From contig CM059432.1 of the NCBI GenBank assembly GCA_030390025.1, forward strand, positions 124,188,001 through 124,252,000: DNA of 64,000 nt. Direction: 5' to 3'. The translations under genes and the position numbers were made by a program. Within the stretch, counting starts at the first letter, position 1, and each line of letters begins with the position of its first letter. The notes beneath the pieces were generated by a model. It saw nothing but the letters and a program-made list of their open reading frames with translations, made no database searches and had not been told where the DNA came from. This document shows positions 49,727 to 63,012 of the stretch, one piece after another. Source of the stretch: Squalus acanthias. Taxonomy: Eukaryota.

Positions 49727-51127
49727 TTTCAAATAAAACTGTTGGACTATAACCTGGTGTTGTGCGACTTCTCACACTTCCTCATCTGGACCTATCTGCC
49801 AATGAAGGAAGTCTACGAACTGGAGCTATTGAACTGGGTTGTTAGCAATATATAAAGATAGAAAAGAATGAGCTGAAAACGCTAATTACTTCTCCTCATA
49901 TTTAAAACTGCAGCAATTAGTCTATATTTCCACTTCCACATACTTCTAATCTTTTGATGCAACAATTTGCAACATTAACTTCTATCATCTCTATAATCTC
50001 GTATTTAATATCTCTGACCCGGCGGTATGAATGTCTTTGAATGGTATAATTTTGTTCTTGTCACAAATATTAACTGCACTACAAGTTTCCCTTTCATCAC
50101 CAATCACTAATTTCAAATGTAAATTATTTCATCAAAGGCGGCTTGTATCATTAATAAAGATTCCCCCAAAGGTCCTCGACAACCATCCGTATGTTGCTCT
50201 TCATTAACACTGGCAGCTCTTTCATCTGGGCTTCCGGAGGATGTAGGCAGTCAGTAGCTTCTTGAGTGATTACCAGAGCTGTTATCAAGCAGTTTCATTA
50301 CTGAATAAGGTCAAGAAGTCACCTTTATATTTAATCTCCGAACAAATTCAGGGAAACATTATATAGGGGGATTATAAATTATCACAGCAATTCTAACCAA
50401 GCAGAAGGACCATTGCCCAACCTCAAATAACATGCTCAATGAGCAGAGACTTGTCAATAGATGATTGGGGAATGCATGCCTTAAACTCAAGTCTGTACTA
50501 CTCCCATGGTGATGCTACTTTAAATTTAGCACTTGAGAATATTTCATTTTTTATAACTCAATTTTTAATTGTTCAAATAATTCAATTGATAGATCAAAAA
50601 AAACTTCTCTCTGGATTGACAGTGCCTTCTCTCGGCTTGCTGGAACTCTTTGGCTTTTACCTTGTTATGCTGGAATGCAGAGGATCGCTGAAGAAGGATG
50701 CGTTAAGGGTATTGGCAAGTGCCGCCACGTGATGTCGGAAAATATCATACCTGGTTCCCCAATAGTTCAGAGGCATACAAAGCAGAAGGTTCAGAGTTCA
50801 ATTCCCAGTCTGTACTGCTAACTGATTTCAGCCAGGGTAATAGTCGAGTCACCATGACTCGTGTCAGCAACCCTGACTTAGGGTCAATGGTGAGGACATG
50901 ATTTGGCTTGGCTGTAATGCACCTATGGATGAACAGCCTGAAGATATTCACTATCTCGGCCTCAATCATGAAGTATGGCTGCTTGGGTGAGGTGCTGAAG
51001 GGGAACCGCTACCCAAGGAACTATAATACAACCGAAGTGAATAGCTTCAGGAGAGGAAGGTAGAAATGGGAAGAAGATTGGCAAAAGAAAATGTAAAAAT
51101 CGGGGATGGTGGGGGGGGGGGGGGCGT

Positions 51128-51583
51128 GGTTAGAGTTTCCACTGTGGGCGCAAGCGGCGTTCTGGGCGCAAATTGCGGCCAAAATTGCGCTAGTTTTGAG
51201 AGATTTTTTCTCTCGAGTTTCCGCTCAAACTCATTTGCTTAGTTTCTCAGTAAATTTTAAAAATATATACTCGAAAGGTTTTAAAACGTGCCTGTTAGTG
51301 TCCTTGCGCCTAAAAGAAAGCTTAATTTTTGGAGCCTCCTCGAAGGCTCGCAAACAGGCGCAATTAGCGGAAACTCCCAATGGTGATTAATTTGATCGGG
51401 GTGGCCAGTTTTGTGGGCGGGGCCAGCTTCTAGCGTGATTTTTTTTTTAAACTAGCGGTAAAAATTGCAGAAACTCGATTTGCACTGAACGTAATTCGGA
51501 CTGAAAATTCTTTCGCGCTGGTTTCGCCGATTTCGGGCGAATTCCGCTGAAAAACCAGCACAACCGAGCGGAAACTCCAGGCT
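51128..51583. mobile_element. MITE
   Basis: TIRs ggttagagtttcc / ggaaactccaggct, with CGT on both flanks. CpG-rich. Confidence 0.65.
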
Positions 51584-52743
51584 CGTACCTCAGCCAGTAT
51601 CACTGAATGCTAATCAATTGATCTGAGTTGCCCCTGAACTGTAACACTAACTTGTCAAATGTCAATTCCAGCCATTTCACAGCACAATAAGAGTGACTTC
51701 TGCTTTTGCAAAATAGCATTGTTGATTAGTGAAGAGTGCTACACTGATTGATAATAAGTATGAAAGCCCAAGCACCAGAGCAGATCTACAAACAGTGCGA
51801 TATGTTGCATATGTTATGGCCATTATTATGGTCGAGTCTAAACTGTTTCGAGAAAACAAAATGCAGCACAGATTTTATAATTAACAGCTAAGTTGTAAAA
51901 TATTACCTTCAGGGATCTGTGAAAATACCAGCAATACAAAAAAGATAATATTTGGAACATGCGAATATGATCTTGGAGTGGGCAACCCATTTACCACCCA
52001 AATTTCAGTCTTAGCGTTGGCTGGTACCTGAAACTGCCAAACAGAACCAGTCAGAAAAGAATGCAGCACCTCACTTCAGGGCCAGAGAAAAATCAATACA
52101 ATGTCTTCAGCTTAGCACTGAGCAGTACAGCCCCATCAAGCCTCACAGTGATGTATGTGACTCAACCACTCAATAAAACAAGTGCGTCAAGAAAAAAAAT
52201 CTAGGAAGTAAATGCACAGTCTGAAGGCTATTTTGATGTTAGAAATTATTTACTGGAGGATTCTTCACACTTCTTTCTTGGGCAAAGCCCTTCCTGGAGC
52301 TGGTGTCTGAATAGATATTCAAATATAACGCGGTTTATCCCTTTTGGAGGAAGGGCAGAAGTGGGAGCAATTTCTTTTTCTCTCAAATAAACAATATTGA
52401 TGTTAATTATTGATTAAAATGCTATCTTTTCCAACCTCATTGGGGAAGCAATCAAGCAAATAAAACACATTTCTCCGCAGGGAAGACAGAGTTAGAGGTT
52501 ACATCAGCTAAGGATTATTCTCTCAGTTACAAGCATTGGCAGAAGCTAAGCAGCAGGTCACCTGCCCTGCAAGTCCCCTGTCCCAACTTCTTCGTTGAAG
52601 AATGTTATATGACCTAGGTATCCAGAGATGTAAATGATTAAAATGGTATATTCATCTTATGTCAGCATCCATAAAAAGCAAAGGAACGTGCTTTATACTC
52701 ATAATAACTTTCTGTTAACATTAGTGAATAGGGGAAAATATAT

Positions 52744-53571
52744 TTTTTTTATTCGTTTCTGGGATGTGGGCGTCGCTGGCAAAACCAGCATTTATTGCCC
52801 ATCCCTAATTGCCCTTGAAAAGGTGGTGGTGAGCCGCCTTCTAGAACCGCTGCAGTCCGTGTGGTTACTCCCACAGTGCTGTTAGGTAGGGAGTTCCAGG
52901 ATTTTGACCCAGCGACGATGAAGGATCGGCGATATACTTCTAAGTCAGGATAGTGTGTGATTTGGAGGGGAACTTGGAGGTGCTGGTGTTCCCATGCGCC
53001 TGCTGCCCTTGTCCTTCGAGGTGAAAGAGGTCGTGGGTTTGGGAGGTGCTGCCAAAGAAGCCTTGGCGAGTTGCTGCAGTGAATCTTGTAGATGGTACAC
53101 ACTGCAGCCACAGTAGAGGGAGTGAATGTTTAAGGTGGTGGATAGATGGGGTGCCAATCAAGCGGGCTGCTTTGTCCTGGATGGTGTCGAGCTTCTTGAG
53201 TGTTGTTGGAGCTGCACTCATCCAGGCAAGTGGAGAGTATTCCATCACACTCCTTACTTGTGCCTTGTAGATGGTAGAAAGGCTTTGGAGAGTCAGGAGG
53301 TGAGACACTCGCCGCAGAATACCTAGCCTCTGACCTGCTCTTGTTACCACAGTATTTATGTGGCTGGTCCAGTTAAGTTTCTGGTCAAAGGTGACCCCCA
53401 GGATGCTGATGGTGGGGGATTCGGCGATGGTAATGCCGTTGAATGTCATGGGGAGGTGGTTAGACTCTTGCTTGTTAGAGATAGTCATTGCCTGGCACTT
53501 CTGTGGCGCGAATGTTACCTTTCACTTATCAGCCCAAGCATGAACGTCGTCCAGGTCTTGTTGCATGCGGG
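52744..53571 (-). mobile_element. Crack/L2-like LINE 3' fragment
   Basis: Same family as 26900-27740 and 43283-44054. Confidence 0.93.
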
Positions 53572-53871
53572 CATATTCTTATCAGTTTCAATTTGTACTG
53601 ATTCAGGCTGCATTGAAGAGACAGTTTACTTAGTCTTATCTGTTACACCGACCTGTACGTTCTAAACCTTCTTTATAATGCTCAGAATAAATAAGTAGTC
53701 TATTAAAACATAACTTAGCTGGTGAGGAAGTATTAACTCATAGCAATAGCCTTTTGTATTTTAAGCAATTACTTAATAATAAATTCATAAGTGGTACTTT
53801 GAAGTATGGCTGTAGTGAAAGGATATTTGGGGTTAGGGGATCGAGGACATAATGATTTTTGCTCCATTGTT

Positions 53872-54610
53872 TGTTTTTATTATTCGTTCTTGGGCTGCGG
53901 GCACTGCTGGTGAGCCCGCATTTATTGCCCATCCCTAGTTGTCCTGAGACACTGAGGGTGGGCCTTCTCCATGTACTGCCGCAGTGCTTGCGCTCATGGT
54001 ACTCCCATGATGGTGTTTGATTGGGAAATTCCAGAATATTGGCCCAGCGATGTTAAAGGAACAGTGATATATATCCAAATCAGGATGGTTTATGACTTGG
54101 AGAGGAACTTGGAGGTGATGCTATCTCCACAACATTGCTGCTGTTGTTCTTCTGGGTGGTAGATGTCACAGGGAGGTGGGTGTCGTCCAAGTAACCATGG
54201 TGACTTGCTGCGGTGCAGCCTGTAGACCATGCATACTGCAGCTACAGTGTACGGGTGGTGGATAGTGAGCCCAGTGGCAGGGCTGCCGATCAAGTGAACG
54301 GCTCTGTCCTGGATGGCATTAAGCTTCTTGAGTGTTGTCATGGCTCCCCTATCCAGGCAAGAGGTGAGTATTCCATCACACTCCTGAATTGAGTTATGCA
54401 TATGGTGGAGAAGCTTTGAGAGGTTAGATGGTGAGCAACTCATTGCAGAGTACCCAGCCCCTACCTTCCTCTTGTAGCCACGGTGCTGATAAGGCTAGTC
54501 CAGTTAAGCTGCTGGTCAATGGTGACTCCCAAGATGTTGATGGTGAGGGACTCAACCATGGTGGGGATATTGAAGGTCAGAAGGAGATGGCTGAGCTTTC
54601 TAGCCTGGGT
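53872..54610 (-). mobile_element. Older diverged Crack/L2-like LINE 3' fragment
   Basis: Colinear but more diverged homolog (TTLKKLNAIQDRAVHLIG; tail gggcaataaatgcggg). Confidence 0.8.
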
Positions 54611-55859
54611 CTTCCTGTTCTTACCAAAGCCATATTAGAATCATTTTAGCAAGCGTTACGTGATAAATCTGTATATTCTTAAAGCTGCAAAAATATTTTA
54701 TAGTTCAAAATTGATATTATTGGTAATATATGTACCAATAACTGAATGTCTTAGTACTGAGAGAACCCAATTATTATCTGATAAAATTGCTGGGTGGGTC
54801 GCAACATTCCATTTCCGAATACACTGAAATTTCCTATGTCAACGGCAAAATCTGTTGTGAGAGTCTACATTTACCTGCAGTACCATTCCCACCTGTAGGT
54901 GGCAGTATAATAGATGCTTCCAATTGTAAGTCTTCTGCCTGCGCTCTTCTTGTGACGTAATGTTTTATGACTGTCTCCCTTAATGTTCAGCTAACCCAAA
55001 GCTATTACTTAAGAGGAACAGGCCCAGTTTTTTGACCTGGGGGGAGGGGATAATAAAAATATATTTTTTGTTAAATATAAAATTTTCACCTGACGAGCCA
55101 GCCTCCTGCATTTCCCCGGCATCCACTGTGGAACCCCCAACAGAACTAACGCTGATATTTACCGAGGCCAAGAGATTCGCTCATATTTTCACCGGTTTCC
55201 TTCCATTATTTCTACAGTGCGCCTGCCATTCGAATGCACTAACCTACACGATGCCACTAATACACGTCCCTCACTGATGATCCTTCACCCATCACAACAG
55301 CTTGCATTACCGTTGAAGATGCACCTGAGAAGTGCACTAAAAAAAGTTCCCGAGCATCCGGAGTGCATCTAGCGAGCCCTCCCTCCACTAGAAATCGAGG
55401 ATTGTTGTCTTTTTGGGGATGTTGGGGGGTGGGGGGGGGGGGGAACACCCATCCCCCACTTGGCAGAAATCTGCTGATCTTTTCTGTGACTAAACCGCCT
55501 GCCAGGCATGACCCCACCTCCCACCCCCTTGAGAGCACTGACCTTTCTCCTGGGGCGACTCCATGCCCTCTCCTCCCTGCTGATAAACTTAAGCCACTTT
55601 CCCAGTGCAATGTTGTTCCCCTCCTCACGCTGAAAGGATTTTCCAGGTTGGACACAGATGCACCTCTCCCCCATTAAGAACATTTTGCATGTCCAGTAGA
55701 GACTTCCCCCCACCCCCCACCATGTGGGAACTTTACTGTGACCATCAGACATCCAGCTATATACCCTCCCCCTACTGATAGTATTTTTCAGATATTCCAG
55801 ATACTCAGTCCAATGCCAGTGCCCCTCCTCCCAAGACACAATTATCTGACCAGCACCTC

Positions 55860-56245
55860 CCTGTCTATCCTCATCTCATGTCAGCCTTCTTCTGTCCCCC
55901 ATCACATGTTCCCTTTGTCCATTCCTCCCTCCCTTTCTTCCACACCAACCTTCCCTGCTCTCCACCTACTTCCTTTCCACTCCTCTCTCACTCCCTACCC
56001 ATCTCTTCTCCCCTTCCCATCCCATGTCACCCTCCCCCTTGCTCCTCCTTCTCTTTTCCCCCTCCTCTCTCCAATCCCCTCTTCCTCTCCCCTCCTTTCT
56101 GCCATTCTCCACTCTCCTCCTTTCTTCTCCCCCTCCACCCATATGCCTCCTTCCTGTCTCGCCCCTCCCTTCTTCTTCTCCCCATTCCAGTCCCTTCCCC
56201 TCTACCTCCTCCCCCTACCCCTCAGTCCAATTATTCCCACCCTCT
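55860..56245. repeat. C/T-rich low-complexity tract
   Basis: Directly visible polypyrimidine bias. Confidence 0.85.
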
Positions 56246-56287
56246 AACACTGCTTGATCTGAATATTGCACTTGGTCTTGACTCCCT

Positions 56288-58711
56288 GGGGGAGAAATTG
56301 GTTAAGGCCCGTAGTTGGTTGGGAAATTAGTGAAGTACCTAATGGCAGGGTGGGAATCGGGTGTCACCTCTTAAAGGGGAGGTGCACGTTGCCTGCATTC
56401 AACTGAATTGCAATTGAACAGTAATATAGCAGACAGAGATCATGCTGGAAAGCTTCTCAATTTTCTGATGATGATGGAGGGGTTCAGCAGGAGGAGGGAA
56501 GCCCTATTTCAACTCAGCGGCAAAAGGTTCTCTGGGCAAGCTTCTCGGCACCAGTGAGGCAGAGGTGGCAGAGCAGGTCAAGAAGCATTGCATCTAGGAC
56601 CAGGCTGCAATGCAGAAAGAAGTTAAATGATCTGACAAGGGCTGCTAAGGTAAGACTCCTAATTCATATCTCTCATTACTCTCTATTTAGCCCCAAACCT
56701 CGTGTAGCCCCAGAACTCACGACCCTCCCCTCCCCTCCCCACTTCCCATCATTCACCTCGAATCACTGCCGCACACTTCACTACACCTCCTTCTGCTGTT
56801 ACTGCCATCTGCATCTGCTACTGTCTTCACAATTACTGACCCCATTTCCTCACACCTGCACCATCATTCACACACCATCCACACTAGCCTGATGTGCACA
56901 TCCTCCAAACATCTCACTTCTTGCAGGACAAGCTGGCGCACAATACAAGGGAGCAGGCGAGGACGGCCACCGCCAATCCACGTACTATTCCCACTAAAAG
57001 AGGAGGTTTTGCACATTGTGTGCAGAAGAATCATCAGAAGCAGAGTGACTGGCGAGACAAGAGAACACATGCCGCTGGGTTTTTGATCATCCTACCCTCT
57101 TTCCCATTCTAACCTTTTGTGCGTTGGAAGGGGAGGGATTCTTTAAGTGAACCACTCAGAAATGATTTGTCGCCTCAGAGCTCTGGCAGCTGGCGGCACT
57201 GCTGGGCCTTCCTTTTCCTCTGGACCCTCTGCTTCCTGGTCTCCTTTTTGCTGATCATCCTCCAGTCCTTCCTCCTCTGGCAGTTCCAAGGCTTGCCCTC
57301 TTTGCGTAGCAAGATTATGTAGCTTGCAACACATGACGATGAATCTTGAGATTCACTCGAGGCTGTATTGAAGGGCGCCTCCAAACTTGACCAGACAGCG
57401 GAATCTTTTTCTTAAAGTCCCAAGTCTGCTCTATCAGAGCTCTAGCGAAGGCATGGCTCTGACTGCAGTGCTCCTCACAGTATCTGTGCTCGGGTTCCCC
57501 TTGTCCCCAAGCAGTCAGCCTGACACCCGATGGTCTGAGTGGAAGAGAGGGGGCGATTCAGGACTGGCACAGGGTGAAAGCATCTTGACTACTGCCTGGA
57601 AACCAGGCACAGACTTACATAATTCTCTGCCTGTGGTCAGACACAACTTGCATGTTCAAAGAAAGGAAGCATTGCTGATTGTTCATAGGGAGCACGCAGG
57701 GCTGCGTGGGTACCGTTGAAGATCCCCTGCACCTGAAACTATCCATCAATTCAGGCAATCCCACATTTCTTTTCTCTTACTTGGCAGCCTCCATGGGGAA
57801 GTTGATGAAATCTTGCCGCTTAGCAAAGCCCTGCCTCATGGAACTGTGCCCAGCAAACTGGCTGATATTGCTTATGTCGCCAGTTGCCTCTGGAATGACC
57901 CAGAGGCAGAAGAGCTGACAGCAGCAGTGACCTTAACAGTCACGGGCAGTGCTGTGCATGTCCTGGTGCTGGGCTGCAGTTGGTAGTGCACCAGGTGACG
58001 TAACTCAGTCACTGCCTCCCCGGTGAAGCAGAACCACCTGAAACACAGCTCCTCTGTCAGGTTCAGCTAAGATATGCAATTCCTGATGACACGCATCGCG
58101 TAATATCTCCTACGCCCTCCCCTCCGCCCCTTTCTAGCAGCCTCTCCTGGTCTGTGCTGGCTTCCTTGCTGCTCCTCCTCCTCCCCATGTTGCAGCTCCA
58201 AAGGCAGATCAAGCGGCACACCTACCTTCTAAGATTATGCTGAAGCCAATCTTCGCAAAGACTGAAGCACCAACCGAGCTCACTCTCCAAGACTTGTCAA
58301 CAGCAGAAAAGCAGCCAAAATAGCCATAAAATTGCCCAAAAGCACATCAGCAGACGAACCAGAGACATAACTAAATGGAGGTGGGGATCCCTTTAAGTAT
58401 CACTAAAGCAACTTGTTTCCTGACTGTTCCCGCCATGATTTGCTGAGAAGACCCAAGAATGAACCAATCAGGTGCTGCCACACACTAAGATCTCAGAAAG
58501 GTCCTTAAGCGGGCGCAGGATCCTTATTTAAATTTTATAATTTGGCCTTCGCTCCTGTCAGGTGGCAGCCACGTCTAAAAGTTGCCCGATCCAATATGTT
58601 GCCTGCTGAACTTTTGGGTGCAGGTTGGATGCGGGAGATCGGGGCCTGATTTTGGTAAGCTTTTCCATCGTTTTATGCCTGATAAACTGCTGAAACGAGG
58701 TTGAATTCCAC
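56288..58711. mobile_element. Decayed two-gene PIF/Harbinger transposon
   Basis: Left terminus gggggagaaattgg. Myb/SANT remnant RTRLQCRKKLNDLTRAAK|gtaag ... ttgcag|DKLAHNTREQART. Convergent transposase remnant at ~57200-58230 (FQRQLAT..ISQFA, LNMQVVSDH, FPGSSQDAF). Confidence 0.78.
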
Positions 58712-60510
58712 CAGCAGAAACAGTTTCGCTCTCGCTACCCTATTAGTTCCTTTCAAAATCCTAAAAACCTCAATCAAATCACCCCTTAATCTTCTATATT
58801 CCAGGATGTGGGGACTGGGGTGGACAAATGTGAGAAGTCGCACAACACCAGGTTATAGTCCAACAGGTTTATTTGAAGGTGACCTGACGAAGGAGCAGCG
58901 CTCCGAAAGCTTGTGATTTCAAATAAACCTGTTGGACTATAACCTGGTGTTGTGCGACTTCTCACATTTCTATATTCCAGGGAATACAAGCCTAGTTTAT
59001 GTAATCTCGCCTCATAATTTAACCCTTGGAGCCCTGGTAACATTCTGGTGAATCTGCGCTGCACTCCTTCCAAGGCCAATATATCCTTTCTAAGGTGCTC
59101 AGAACTGTACACAGTCCTCTAGATGTGGTCTAACCAGGGCTTTGTATGGCTGTAGCAAAACTTCCTCACCTTTATATTCTAGCCCTCTAGTTATAAAGGC
59201 TAACTTTCCATTAACATTTTCATTTTATTTGTACCTGACTACCACATTTTAGTGAACTGTGCACATGGACCATAAATCTCTTCGGACCGCCACAGTTCGT
59301 AGCTTTTCACCATCTAAAAAATACTCAGCTCGATCTTTTTTGGTCCAAAATTAATGACCTCACATTTACCTGCACTGAAATCCATCTACCACAGTTTTGC
59401 CCACTCACTTAATCTATCAATGTCTCTTTGTAATTTTATGCTCCCATCTACACTACTTACTATATCACCAATCTTTGTGTCATCGGCAAACTTGGATATA
59501 TGGCTCTCTATTGTGTTATCTAAGGCATTAATAAATATAGTGAATAGTGAGGCCCCAGCACAGATCATTGTGGACACCCTTCCAATTCAAGTACATACCC
59601 ATTATCCCTACTCTCTGTCCTGTACCGCCTAACCAATCTCCTAACCAGGTCAATAATTTGCCTTCAATTCCATGAGCTTTAATTTTAGCTAACAGTCTCT
59701 TATGTGTAACCTTATCGAATGCCTTCTGTAAATCCATATAAACTACCTTCACAGACAGTCCCCTGTCCACTACTTTAGTTACTTCCTCAAAAAATTCAAT
59801 TGGGCTTGTTAGACATGACCTACCCTTTACAAATCCATGTTGACTCTCTCTAATCAGCTCAAATTTCTCTAAGTGCTCAGTCACTCTGTCCTTAATTATA
59901 AATTCCAATAACTTCCTAACAGATGTTAGACTAACAGCTCTATAATTTCCTGGTTTCTCTCTCACCTTTCTTCAATAATGGAGTTACATTTGCAATTTTC
60001 CAAGCTAAAGGGACAATTCCTGAATCAAGAGCGCTTTGGAAGATTATGTCTAAAGCATCTGCAATTTCCTTACCTACTTCTTTTAAAACCCTCGGGTGGA
60101 AACCATCAGGCCCTGGGGATTTGTCTTTCTTTAGTGCCATTATTTTTTCTAACACTGTTTTTTTACTGACGTTAACTTTAGTGAGTTCCAGTCCTTGATT
60201 CATTATTAGTTTCCCTGGAATGTCAGATATATTATCCTCTTCCTCTACTGTGAAGACTGACACAAAGTAATTATTTAACAAGTCTGCCATTTCCTTATTT
60301 TCATTTGTAATATTACCCACATCTGTTTTTGAAGGGCCCACATTACCCTTGCCTACCCTTTATCTTCTAATATAATTGTAAAAACTTATCCCTCGCAAGT
60401 TTCTTTCCATATTCCTTTTTAGTAGCTCTTACTATCTTTTTTTTATCTTCCCCTACTGTTCTTTATATCTCCCAGTCCCCAGGATCTACACTATTCTTTG
60501 CACTTTTCCA
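58712..60510 (-). mobile_element. CR1 LINE ORF2 fragment, decayed
   Basis: KSPGPDGFHPRVLKE, PGNYRAVSLTS, QHGFVKGRSCLT, KFADDTKIG, DILALEGVQRRFTRM. Confidence 0.93.
58806..58967. mobile_element. 162-bp hairpin mini-Penelope element carrying one hammerhead (58881-58916, plus)
   Basis: 14-bp TSD ttctatattccagg at 58792-58805 and 58968-58981. Made entirely of terminal sequence of the 46168-49776 element, in inverted arrangement. Confidence 0.93.
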
Positions 60511-60666
60511 TAAGATTTCTGCTATGACCACACAATAGACTTAGTCCTATGTGACATAACGGCCCAGTTTCACATCCTTCCTCAGCTAAAGCTGATCAAC
60601 AGTAAGTTAAAATAAGTTATTGCAATTCTGGATCGGTAACCACAGTAAAAACAGTGCTTGCTTATT

Positions 60667-61056
60667 TTTTTGTTCATGGGATGTGGGAGTTGCTGGCAAG
60701 GCCAACATTTATTACCCATCTCTAATTGCCCTATGAGAAGGTGGTGGTGAGCTGCCTTCTTGAATTGCAGTTAACAGTCAACCACATTGTTGTGGGTCTG
60801 GAGTCACATATAGGCCAGACAAGAGCAGCAGATTTCCTTCCCTAAAGGATATTAGTGAACCAGATAGGTTTTTACAACAATCTGGTAGTTTCATGGTCAC
60901 TATTACTGATAATAGCATTTTATTCCAGATTTATTTAATGAACTGAATTTAAATTCCACAGCTGCTAGTAGGGGGATTTGAACTCACATTGCTGAGAGGA
61001 GTAGGACAGACCTACTGGATTGCTAATCCAGTAACATAACCACTATGCTATCGTAC
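60667..61056 (-). mobile_element. tRNA-derived SINE
   Basis: Colinear with 5672-6116. Confidence 0.82.
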
Positions 61057-61192
61057 TCCCTGGGAAACATTAACTGTCACAAGACTGTTCTTAGCCAGAG
61101 CCTCCTCAGAATGAGGGCTGAAGATGCATCCATCAGAAAAATTAACGAATCACAACAGGAACTGTTTAGTTGAATGGAGCATGCCACACACT

Positions 61193-61828
61193 GGGCCTGA
61201 TTTTAACACTGCCTGCCCGGTGGGTGATTAAAATGGCAGTCGGGTGCTACCTGCTGTGTTCTCGAGACGATCACGCCTGCTCCCATTACTGTTGCCAGGT
61301 TTTCAACAACGTCAGAGCCACCCATCAAAGGCAGGTGGGAGCCTCATAACTATTAAATGTCAGGGACCGAAGACGTCATCCGGACCCCGACGCAATCTTA
61401 ACTGCCGATTGCGGACAGTGACGCTCAGTGCCTAGCCCGCAAGTGCAACCCGGTGGCAGGCATCATTGTGGCCGGAAGAGACCCATGTAAGTATTAATGT
61501 TTCATTTTATGAATGCTTCCTTGTGGACCAGGAGGAACCGGACAGCTCCTCCGGGCCCCACAAAGAAACCCTGGGCCCGACTGCCCCAAGCTTCCCTCCC
61601 TCTCCCTCGACTGCAATTGCCTCAGGACCCCTCCCCTGAACACATACCGTATGTCAGGAACCACTTCCTCGGCTCCCCCAGCAGCAGCCTCCTGACGCCC
61701 AGAACCCTGCTCCTGCACGCTGGCCAGGTATTGATTCCCAATTTCAATCATTTAAACGAAGCCCAGGAGATTTGCCACCTGCCTCGATCCCCGCATGTCG
61801 CATTAATGCCCCGAGTTAAAATAGGGGC
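61193..61828. mobile_element. MITE
   Basis: Termini gggcctgattttaac / gttaaaataggggc. Confidence 0.6.
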
Positions 61829-62389
61829 TATTACCTTTTATCATCTCAACTTTAGCCTTTTAAAACTAAAATCTCACTTTAAAAGAGACTTCAAATTGCC
61901 AGCTTTATGGTCACAGGATTACATTAGTGACACGGTTTCAACGGTGTCATTATCTTGCAGTTAAAAATGTCAGGCAGTGCAGATGGAAGGGAAAGTTTTG
62001 TGGTGCTGGTCTTTTGAAAAGCAAACTCTATCAGTATATGGAATTTACCAGGGGGTGGGTTATCTACAAGGACATCCAGGTGAAGAAGGCGGTATGTGGA
62101 TATGTCATCATAGTTCAAATTTGTATTTGTATTTGTATCCTTTTGACATCTCAATTTGAACCTTCACTGTGTTAGAGTTAGGTGGAGAAATGATAAGTAG
62201 TTAGGACAAGTACATTCAGGTAAAGGGTCATGTCAGAGTATATCACAGGAACTTTAAAGGATGTCATGTATTTTTAATTGTATTTCTGATGAGAAATAAG
62301 GCTGTTAAGTCCTAGTTCTGGCTCCAAATTGACTCGATTCAATTCTTCTTTTCTTTGTATTTTATTGATTTTCCAGTTTTAAAACCTAA

Positions 62390-62752
62390 GGCCCCGATAT
62401 TTACGGAGAGGGTGCGGGGGACAGCGAAAATGGCCAGGGAACACGTCGAGGCAGGAGACGCAGTAGTCCTGCCGAATTTAACGGCAGGTCCTCATTATCA
62501 TTTCTTTCTTCCGTTTCCCGCCTGGCAGACAGCTAAATTAATTGCACTATGAGAGCCTGATTCAAATATGTTAATGAAGTGTCCCGCCTCACCATAGCTG
62601 GGACACGCACACTCCACGAAACCCGCCAGCATAAAACCGGCAACAGGCGCGTGCATGGCGAGTTGGGGACACCTTCCCCGAATTTTAATTTTTAAACCTA
62701 CCCCTCTCCGACACCTCTCCCACCCGTCGTGGAGGGGATTAATATCAATGCC
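62390..62752. mobile_element. MITE
   Basis: TIRs ggccccgatatt / aatatcaatgcc with TSD TAA, the canonical PIF/Harbinger target. Confidence 0.7.
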
Positions 62753-63012
62753 TAAATGTCCACAAATTGGTAACACTGTAAAACTGATACACATTTTACA
62801 CGTACTTACAGAGGTGTTTATAAGCAGTAATAAATACCTGAGAGCGATTACAAGGAATTCGTCTGATAGATTTGAAAGTCATTACCGAGGAACAAATTAT
62901 CCGAATACATGACAAGATTACACCTTTAACTTGTACCTAAATATATATTTTTTAATACCTGTAGAGTTTTGATAGATTGTTTTATTGCATTTTGAGTTCT
63001 TTTTGGCTCCAA

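Larger units (their letters stand above)
46168..49776 (+). mobile_element. Penelope-like retroelement (Neptune-type), near full length, with an inverted 5' arm
   Basis: 12-bp TSD cttcctcatctg at 46156-46167 and 49777-49788. Segment 46206-46650 is the reverse complement of 49332-49776. Encodes RT and GIY-YIG. Confidence 0.96.

Noticed and set aside
50150..50330. Exon-like stretch on the minus strand
   Set aside because: The open frame is bounded by stops, lacks a coherent acceptor/donor pair, and does not match the expected upstream CCDC102 exon.
55738..56330. Pro/Ser/Leu-rich ORFs
   Set aside because: They are translations of a C/T low-complexity tract.
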